Shown: positions 55,963-64,000 of the stretch, one piece after another
How positions within the stretch are numbered: position 1 is the stretch's first letter
How the letters are laid out: the number at the start of each line of letters is the position of its first letter
Assembly: GCA_963727895.1 (NCBI GenBank)
Contig: CAVSHT010000008.1
Location: 64,001 to 128,000, forward strand
Direction: 5' to 3'
Length of the DNA stretch: 64,000 nt
From: an uncultured Methanosarcinaceae archaeon
GTDB lineage: Archaea > Halobacteriota > Methanosarcinia > Methanosarcinales > Methanosarcinaceae
Notes under the pieces: model-generated
What the model was told of the DNA's origin: nothing
Seen by the model: only the letters and a program-made list of their open reading frames with translations
The model's database searches: none
Position numbers and translations under genes: made by a program

Positions 55963-56148
55963 ATTATACATTTATGGGAGTATGATTCTCGCAGGATTGA
56001 TGGTGTTAACACACCACAACAAATGATCGACCTTGAAAGAATAGGAAACGAAGGCTGGGAACTGGTTTTGATCAAGAATGATATTGATGAAGAAGGAAAG
56101 GCAACTGCTATTTTCAAACGGGCAAAGCTCGAGACGATATCTTTATAA
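55963..56148 (+). CDS. DUF4177-like small protein, apparent ATT start (or start-codon-lost pseudogene)
   Basis: WEY....L..IG.EGWELV.......FKR pattern. SD GGAGGGG precedes ATT ATA CAT TTA TGG GAG TAT. Confidence 0.6.
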   Translation: MIHLWEYDSRRIDGVNTPQQMIDLERIGNEGWELVLIKNDIDEEGKATAIFKRAKLETISL

Positions 56149-56283
56149 CTTTCTTTTTATTTTTAATTACTTTTTGTGCAATCCACATTGAATTAAGCAT
56201 TTTGTCCTTTTCTATATGGAGATAAACTGGATAAGACCGGCTCTCTGATTTTACATGCCTTAAAGGCTTTGATCATTGAGGAT

Positions 56284-58520
56284 TTATGACTCTGGTACTT
56301 CAAAAAGGGCAGGATACTTCTTTTTTAGGGTTATGAGAAGCTCGTTGTCTAATTTTGCATTATGAAGTGTTTTCACTGTAGAAAGCTGGTCAAGTGACAA
56401 ATGCTGAGCTCCTTCAAGGTCAGCTCCTTCAAGGTTAGCCCCTTGAAGGTTAGCTCCTTTAAGGTTAGCCTCTTTAAAGTTAGCTCCTATAAGGTAAGTC
56501 CATTTAAGGTTAGCCCCTTCAAGATTAGCTCCTTGAAAGTTAGCCTCTATAAGGTAAGCCCCTTCAAGGTTAGCCTCTATAAGGTAAGCCCCTTCAAGGT
56601 TAGCTTCTACAAGGTAAGCCCTTTCAAGTTTAGCCCTTTCAAGTTTAGCTCCTCTAAGTTTAGCCCCTTTAAGATTAGCTTCTATAAGGTTAGTCTCTTC
56701 AAGGTTAGCCTCTATAAGGTAAGCCCTTTCAAGTTTAGCCCTTTCAAGTTTAGCTCCTCTAAGTTTAGCTCCTTTAAGATTAGCTTCTTCAAGGTTAGCC
56801 CCTTCAAGGTTAGCCTCTATAAGGTAAGCCCTTTCAAGTTTAGCCCTTTCAAGTTTAGCTCCTCCAAGTTTGGCCCCTTCAAGGTTAGCTCCTTCAAGGT
56901 TAGCCTCTATAAGGTAAGCCCTTTCAAGTTTAACTCCTCCAAGTTTAGCCCCTTGAAGGTTAGCCCCTTCAAGTTTAGCCTCTTGAAGGTCAGCTCCATA
57001 AAGGTTAGCCCCCTGAAGGTTAGCCCCTTGAAGGTCAGCTCCATAAAGATCAGCTCCTTGAAGGTTAGCCCCTTGAAGATTAGCCAAATAAAGTTTAGCC
57101 AAATGAAGTCTAGCCAATTGAAGGGTAGCCTTTTCAATGTTAGCTCCTTGAAGGTTAGTCCCTTGAAGGTTAGCCTCTGTAAGATCAGCATAAAAAATAT
57201 CAGCTCCTCGAAGGTTAGCCTCTTGAAGATTAGCTCCTCGAAAGTTAGCCTTTTCAAGTTTAGCTCTTTGAAGGTTAGCTCCTTGAAGGTTAGTCCCTAT
57301 AAGGTCAGCTCCTTGAAGGTTAGCTCCTTGAAGGTTAGCTCCTCGAAGGTTAGCTCCTTGAAGATTAGTCCCTTAAGGTTAGCCCCTTGAAGGTTAGCCT
57401 CTTCAAGGTTAGCTCCTTGAAGGTTAGCTCCTTGAAGGTTAGCCTCTTGAAGATTAGCCTCTATAAGGTCAGCTCCTTGAAGGTTAGCTCCTCTGAAGGT
57501 CTTTTCTCTCTGGAATATCCATTTACAATTATCGGCTTTGAACTAAAATAAGCATTACTATGCCAGGAAGATATCTTCTGCTCTTCAGGATTTAGTTTTT
57601 AAAATTGTGTATATTTATAATATGGATCCATTGGTCATCGGTTAAGGAATTTTCTTGCTTGAAAGCTATCGATTTGCACTAGAATCCTGCCTTAAATCTT
57701 GGCTTATTTACATGAAATCGACACTCTGTTCCAGCTTATGATCTATTAACATATTTAACAAATGTAAAAGAAATTGACGCAATTTGTCACGATTCCTCAC
57801 TTAACCGAAGATGCATGAATATGGATCTATAAGAACCTGCAAGAACGCCAGCTATGTTTTACTCTATGACGTTGCTATCCTGCATGGATCTTTCAGTGTG
57901 AAATTTTTTTTCAGTTATTTCTGATATCTATATTTTGCAGAATATGAGGCATACTGCCCTCACTCAGAAGGAAAGAAGACTATTAAAGAAAATAAGCATC
58001 ATTAACAAGGGTAAAAATAGAAACAAAGCCTATATCCACTATGGATAACAAAAAACTTGCGAGTATGTGCACAGTTCCACCAACATTAAGAGAACTGTTG
58101 AAGAAACAAAAGGAACTAGAAATGCAAGAAAAGGAAAAATATTTCAAATCTTAATTAACAAAAAATACATCCGAATTTCAGTAGAAAAAACTGCAATTTC
58201 TACTGAGAAAAGACTAGGACTCACGCATTTGAGGAACAAAATCAGGTACATTCGGAGTTATTACTCCTTTATTATGTTAGACAGCTGGCGGTTTAATGCT
58301 ATCGATATCTCTTTCAACCGGGTAAGTCTACACTATAATTCAAATTCTATAATCATGGAAAACAGTAATGGGCACGGAAAAATTCAATCTAGACCCTCTA
58401 ACCACGAAAAATACGGAAAGCACAGAAAGATTATGCCAGTCTTCCTTTTATTCCTTGTTTTCTGCACTTTTAATGGTTTACCTTTTCGTTTGAATTATAG
58501 CCCATCGCTGAATTAAGTAC
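56284..58520 (-). pseudogene. Pentapeptide-repeat protein with a putative N-terminal membrane region; multiply frameshifted
   Basis: A(N/K/Y)L(E/Q/I)(G/E/R) repeats from ~57490 to ~56400 across several frames. The upstream limit is approximate. Confidence 0.7.
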
Positions 58521-58629
58521 ACCCTTAAACACCATTAGTATCATAGAACTAGGTTTATAAAACGTACTTAATTTATGAGTGTATTATAATCAACAATTAC
58601 GGACACAACCTTTTTTATCCTTACTTCTT

Positions 58630-59720
58630 TTACGCTACTGTAAACCTGATAGTGAATTCCGTCCCATTGTCTCTTTTCAATTCAAGTTCGCCTTCTAACT
58701 GGTCTACAAGAGTGGTTACCAGTTGTATACCAAGACTATCGAGATTTTCCAGATCAATATCTTCAGACATCCCTAGCCCATTATCTGATATTGTAAGACT
58801 AAAATCGGCACCTTGTGTATCGTCATTATTGCCTTCTGTTCTATTGTCTTTATATTTTTTTGATTCTTCCCTATAAAGTCTGATTCGAATTCTCCCGTTA
58901 TCTCTTCCATTTAATGCGTGTTTGAGAGAATTTGAGACAAGTTCGTTAACAATTATTCCTAGTGGGATTGCAGTATCCTTGTCAAGGAAAATGTTTTCTT
59001 CCAGATTCATATTTAAGCCGGTACTGGCATTTCCAAGCCTGTATGTCTGGAAAAGATTCTTAGCGAGTTCCTTAACATAAGATGAAAAGTTTAGTGTATC
59101 GAGCCCTCCACCTTGTACAGTTCCTCATGGATAAGAGCCATGGATACCACTCTGTCCTGACTTTTCCTGAAGGCTTCCAGGACTTCCGAATCCTTTACAT
59201 ATTCCCTACTGTTAAATTTCTCAGCCTGAAGATCTAGCAGAGAGGAAATTACCTGCAGGTTATTTCTTGATCCTGTGATGGATTTCCTGTTTACGGGCAG
59301 TTTCGATATTCTCAAGAAACTTTTCGGTCTCTTTCCTTTAGGCAACATCATAAATTGTACCCTGGTAGAATTCCGTATTTCCATTCTTTCTCTGAATTTT
59401 CTGGTAAATTTCATTAACTCATCTGATTCTTCCGTCCCTGTGTTTTATACGAAATTCGATTTCTTCATAAACGGCGGATGGAGAACTTTGAATCTTTTCC
59501 TCTCCTTTGAGAACGAGAGGTAGGTCATCCGGATAGATAATGTCTTTCCACTTAATCCGGGACATAAATTCCTCTTCGCTATACCCGGTGATTTCTTCAA
59601 CAGCCCCATGCAGAAATACAGGAACAAAGTTTTCATCCACCTGGAAAGCGATCCTATGAATAACCATAAATTTGCTCTGCACCTTTATTCCAGCTAGTAA
59701 TGATGCCATCAAGGGATTTG
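58630..59720 (-). pseudogene. PAS + HisKA_2 + HATPase sensor histidine kinase, fragmented
   Basis: NNLQVISSLL, SMALIHE.LY, PLG.IVNELVSNSLKHA, ISDNG.G, LG..LV..LV.QL.G motifs in shifted frames. Confidence 0.85.
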
Positions 59721-59870
59721 GTTAATGGCATCGTTTGAATATTCCACGATACTTGCTAAATTCAGTCTATTTTCTTCTGCCATTTTACGCCTGGAACTTT
59801 CTATTTGCTCCCATTTCCTTCCCTTTTGATCAAAGCAAATCGATGAGCAATCACGTCAATGATTCTTTGA

Positions 59871-61031
59871 TGGTCCATTTATATTTGATTGATATTATAT
59901 ATTTGAAAATCATATATTTATACTATGGGTAAAAGAGGTCCAAAACCACGATTTATTGACGTTGCTTGTCCAAACAAAAACTGCAAACTCTATGGTCTTA
60001 CTAACCAAGGCAATGTTGTTGGAAATGGAACTTACATAAGTCGTGGAGAAAAAACAAGAAGATATCTTTGCCGCCATTGCAGTAAAGTATTTAACGATCA
60101 TACAGACACTTTTTATCATAATCTTCGGAAAGCTGAGAAAACTATTGATTTAGCTTTAAAAATGTCTATGAAAGGTATGAGCATTGAAGCCATTGCCGAT
60201 GTTTTAGAGGTAGAATCTGCCAGTCTAAAACGATGGTTAGCTCGTGCAGCTAACCAAGGCAATGAAGTAAATGACAGCATGATGAAAAACATGGATGTAC
60301 CCAAGATAGAAATGGATGAACCATGGGTAACAATTCAAAAAAAAAGTTCCTAAAATAAAAGATTATGAAGATGATGGACTATGGATGTGGATAGCTTTTG
60401 CACCAGGTTGTAGGCTAATACTTGACTTTGTAATCGAACCAAGAAAACAGTATGTTGCGGATAAGTTAATTGAGTCAGTTAAAAAACATCTTTCTGATAA
60501 AATCCCTTTTTTGTCACACATGGGTTGAACTTTTATAGAGAAGCTCTTTTGAAACATTTTGGAGTTTTGATTGAGTTTCCAAGGACTGGGAAAAGAGGAA
60601 GACCAAAGAAACCAAAAATTTTTCCCTCTGATGATTTGAAATATGCACAGGTAGTCAAAATAAGAATAAATGGGTTACTTAAGAAAGTAGAGAAGAAGAC
60701 TATCTTTGGAAAAGACATTGAACAAAGCGAAATCTCAACAACTTTACTTGAAAGACAAAACCTGACTTTTAGGCAGGATAACAACAGAGTTTCAAGAAAA
60801 ACAATAGGATTTTCAAAAGCGAAAGAATGGTTAGAGTATCAAATGAGGTTATATTGTACCCATTTTAACTTATGTAGAGGTCATAGAGGATTAAAGTACA
60901 AAGATGAAAGAGGGGTTGAATGTAAAAATACACCTGCAAGAGAGGCAGGAATTGTGGACTCAATATGGACTTTAAAGGAACTGCTAACATTCAGGTGTTT
61001 TAAAACATCAATCAAATAAAGATTAACCATC
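59871..61031 (+). mobile_element. Second IS1-like element type (Zn-ribbon/HTH ORF 59925..60353, A9 shift site, DDE part with an extra frameshift near 60515)
   Basis: ACPNKNC...YLCRHC, EMDE, W.W.A, LERQN...RQ...R..RKT.GFSK. Subterminal IR TATTTGATTGAT/ATCAATCAAATA. Confidence 0.8.
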
Positions 61032-61145
61032 AATTTTTTTGTATATGAAATAATTCAAAAAAGCCAAATCAAGTTTGTATAAATGTATACTTGAAAGACT
61101 TTTTTTTCTTTTTAACTAAAATAATCAATTATTATTCTGTAGATT

Positions 61146-61385
61146 TCAAGTTAAAAGTAGATCAAGTTAAAAGTAGATCAAGTTAAAAGTAGATCAAGTT
61201 AAAAGTAGATCAAGTTAAAAGTAGATCAAGTTAAAAGTAGATCAAGTTAAAAGTAGATCAAGTTAAAAGTAGATCAAGTTAAAAGTAGATCAAGTTAAAA
61301 GTAGATCAAGTTAAAAGTAGATCAAGTTAAAAGTAGATCAAGTTAAAAGTAGATCAAGTTAAAAGTAGATCAAGTTAAAAGTAGA
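61146..61385. repeat. Perfect 16-bp tandem repeat TCAAGTTAAAAGTAGA x15
   Basis: 240 bp, no spacers, no variant units. Confidence 0.97.
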
Positions 61386-61579
61386 TAGAAATATTTCACT
61401 AACAAATTAAAGGCGTAATTAGTTAAGCGGATAACTATAGTTTTCACTTACAAAAAATAGCATCCGCTACTCATTTAATAGCTTCATTTCAGGCAGTTAC
61501 CAAGGTCACACAAGAAATTCTGATAGTAACTCCTATCGGATTAGTTGTGTATATAGGATTTATCAATGATTTTATGAGT

Positions 61580-61807
61580 TTAAACGATTCTACCAGGCTC
61601 TTCTATAATTTTATAGCCAGCTTTAAGCAAGGTCATCTGTATGACATATGCATCAGTTTTCCTGCTATCATATACTACATTTACGGTTTTTTCAAGAATG
61701 TTGATGTTTACTCTGGAAATCCCGTCAATGGAGTTAATGAGCTTTGTGATCACATCCTTGCAGTACCGGCACACAAGATCGTCTACTATAAATGTTGTTT
61801 CCCCTAT
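61580..61807 (-). CDS. Heavy-metal-associated (HMA) domain protein, apparent ATA start
   Basis: V.DLVCRYC...I...I..IDGI..V.I......V.V.YD......I...L..AGY. SD GGGGTGA precedes ATA GGG GAA. Confidence 0.75.
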   Translation of the reverse strand: MGETTFIVDDLVCRYCKDVITKLINSIDGISRVNINILEKTVNVVYDSRKTDAYVIQMTLLKAGYKIIEEPGRIV

Positions 61808-61922
61808 GAATTCACCCCCGTATCACACCTGTCATTTTCAAACAAGCGTTTATCTATATAGTAAAAATTTGTATTTTTAGTATATAATTAATTCTTTTAA
61901 AGCTCTATCAGAAGTTAACATA

Positions 61923-62129
61923 TTATATAGGCTCATATCCGCTTTCCCTAATTGCATCCTTAACCTTTTCAATATTTGCCTTTCCTTCCTCATAATCAAC
62001 AGTTACCTGTTTAGTCTGAAGGTTTACGTCAGCTCTCTGTACACCTTCCACAGCTTCAACTGCTTTTTTAACTCTTAACTGGCAATGCATACATGACATG
62101 CCTTCAACTTTTATTATTTCTTGATTCAT
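61923..62129 (-). CDS. copZ: Copper chaperone (HMA domain)
   Basis: VEGMSCMHC...V..A...VEGV...V.L....V.V.Y......I..AI..SGY. Confidence 0.9.
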   Translation of the reverse strand: MNQEIIKVEGMSCMHCQLRVKKAVEAVEGVQRADVNLQTKQVTVDYEEGKANIEKVKDAIRESGYEPI

Positions 62130-62610
62130 CTTTTCAATCTCCATACTATTTTATTTAATAATAAACATAATAATTGCTGGAATACTGCAAGATTGAATAA
62201 GAATATATTCGGCTTACCACAAATTCTTTGCGTAACCTAGATAATGAAGCTGTCCATGAGCAGATCTCTAATAAAGATCTATCTGTGAGCAGAGACCTTT
62301 TTCAAAGATCGTTTGCCTTGCCCCAGTACTCATTTCCTCTAAAAGAACTATTTATTGCAGCCTCATTGACTTCTTTTTCCAACCCATTTCCCGACTTGGA
62401 TCAGGGAGTATTTCTAATCGTTTTTAACGCTAAAGGTTCCCCCAATAAAAGCAAGGTTGTTTATCTAATTTCAAAACAATTACTGAATTGAGCAAGATGT
62501 CAGTAGGTATCTAGAGATTTTGGGCAATATATGACTTTTTGAAATAGTATTTTTGGCCACAAAAAGAAAGACAGAACTTGACTTTAAGACTGGATAATAA
62601 TAATTTAGTA

Positions 62611-63351
62611 GGAATTGATACTTAAACATAGTTATATACTATTAGAAAGTATATTTCTTCATGAACTGCCCCAAATGCAATAGTTCCAGTCACAAAAAGA
62701 ACGGTATAGTTGGCGGGCGTCAACGCTACAAATGCTCTGATTGTGGCTATAACTATACAGTAGAGCTAAAATCAACTGCTTTTTCCGCCTCTGTTAAAAA
62801 ACAGGCTTTACAACTTTACCTTGAAGGATTGGGCTTTCGTTCAATAGGAAGAGTTTTAGGGGTTAGTCATGTTTCTGTCCAAAGATGGATAAAGAAATTT
62901 GGTCAGGAGTTAGAGGACCTAAAAAGTGAAAGTGAGATATCTATTGTTGAAATGGATGAGATGCACACTTACATCGGTAACAAAAAAAATATTGCTGGAT
63001 CTGGATTGCTGTTGATAGAGTTGGGAAAAAGTTCATCAACTGCTCTTTTGGTAGTAGAGGAACGGAAACTGGAAAACTACTCTGGGAAAAATTGAAGAAA
63101 AAAGAGATTGGAGAAGTGATGACCTATCACTGGAGGGCATATGCAGAGTTTCTTCCAGAAACTATTCATACTCAATCAAAAGCAGAAACATTTACAGTTG
63201 AGGGATATAACAGCATATTGAGGCACTTTCTGGCAAGATTGAGAAGAAAGAGACAAAGTGTTATACGAAGATATTGAAATGCTAAAGTACTCGGTTATTC
63301 TATTGATGAAATATAGAAATAAATAACTAGATATATTTAATTACCAATGCC
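62611..63351 (+). mobile_element. IS1-family element copy 7
   Basis: GGAATTG...CAATGCC ends. Same 2-bp InsB insertion as copy 6. No TSD. Confidence 0.9.
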
Positions 63352-63597
63352 GAATTTCAAGAAAAACAATAGGTTTTTCACAGAAAATTAAAGGACTATA
63401 CAATCAAATGAGACTTTACTGTACTTATTTTAACTTTTACAGATATCATAAGGGATTAAGAAGCGAAAAGGAAAAGGGAATTTTGGGAAAGAGAGCACCT
63501 GCAGAAGAATGTAGAATTACTAAAAAGAAATGGAAATTTACAGAGTTGTTAAACTACAGGAGTCTCAAAAACGTCAACTAATTAACTATGGAGCACC
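63352..63597 (+). pseudogene. 3' remnant of an IS1-like transposase (59925 type), truncated by IS1 copy 7
   Basis: RISRKTIGFS....YNQMRLYCTYFNF, homologous to 60787-60870. Confidence 0.75.
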
Positions 63598-63646
63598 TAA
63601 TGGAGTATTCTATTATAACTGTTAATCCGGTCTTTTTGGATAGCTC

Positions 63647-64000
63647 TTAAATTATAAGTAGTCCATTTTGCCAGTCATTGATTATTCTGGTAGCAGCTCT
63701 TGTTTCGTCTACTTCGCCTTTTTTCTGCAGGAAATTGCACTGTTTGCCTATCAGTTCAAGCACATCATAGGAAGTCTCGTTTTCGATTATGATATGATAA
63801 AAAGATTCAAGGATTGCTTTATTCTCAGCAAGCATTTTTTCAATTATCTTCAGGGCTACGCCGATCTTGTCCTTAAGGTGAGTTGTATCCTTTATCCCAA
63901 GCAGGCCCTGAAGATATTCATCGTTTTCGTCACAGGGAATCACTCCAGGTGTATCTATGAACATAATGTGTGAGCCTGCATCCACATGCTGGACTCCTTT
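63647..64000 (-). CDS. RbgA/YlqF-family GTPase, C-terminal part (runs off the window edge)
   Basis: KGVQHV...IDTPGVIP, KKGEVD..RAA..II.DWQ.G. Confidence 0.8.
   Translation of the reverse strand, partial: KGVQHVDAGSHIMFIDTPGVIPCDENDEYLQGLLGIKDTTHLKDKIGVALKIIEKMLAENKAILESFYHIIIENETSYDVLELIGKQCNFLQKKGEVDETRAATRIINDWQNGLLII

Noticed and set aside
56401..57390. 329-aa plus-strand ORF of KVSxx repeats
   Set aside because: Antisense shadow of the pentapeptide-repeat gene
58067..58516. 149-aa plus-strand ORF
   Set aside because: Likely antisense to the decayed hydrophobic N-terminal region of the pentapeptide gene. No motif or SD.
61146..61385. Possible CRISPR array
   Set aside because: Head-to-tail 16-mers with no spacers and no cas genes. 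It is a simple tandem repeat; the same applies to 45392-45466.
62228..62491. 87-aa ORF or possible RNA upstream of copZ
   Set aside because: No recognisable motif or convincing fold; probably a gene remnant
1..64000. tRNA, rRNA, integrase, reverse transcriptase or cas genes
   Set aside because: None recognised by eye. A tRNAscan/Rfam/HMM run would be needed to exclude them formally.

Overview
AT-rich methanogenic archaeal chromosome segment, most likely Methanosarcina. This is inferred from protein families such as DUF1699, VOR, aIF-1A, CxxC-x17-CxxC and Methanosarcina-type IS elements. Housekeeping blocks are a folate/methionine cluster (folP-like, metV-like, metF, cofE-like, thioredoxin), carAB-argG, enolase, and an XRE-cupin / acyl-CoA synthetase / vorCBA branched-chain 2-oxoacid locus. 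They are interleaved with a heavy load of mobile DNA and many pseudogenes: seven ~740-bp IS1-family copies, IS6, two IS630, IS110, an IS200/IS605 remnant, a second IS1-like type, and several MITEs. Three signals stand out. (1) A tandem array at 22.4-28.75 kb holds five small CxxC-x17-CxxC zinc-ribbon genes and two aIF-1A paralogues. Every zinc-finger gene carries the same ~85-nt structured 5' leader with a compensatory base change, and both aIF-1A genes appear to start at CTG, which suggests an RNA-level translational-control module. (2) An IS110 element has a non-coding left end that folds like a bridge RNA, with loop segments matching its own insertion site inside an IS1 copy and its own end junction. 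(3) A perfect 68-bp inverted repeat lies upstream of the XRE/acyl-CoA synthetase/VOR genes. All assignments come from reading the sequence; no database searches or folding programs were run.
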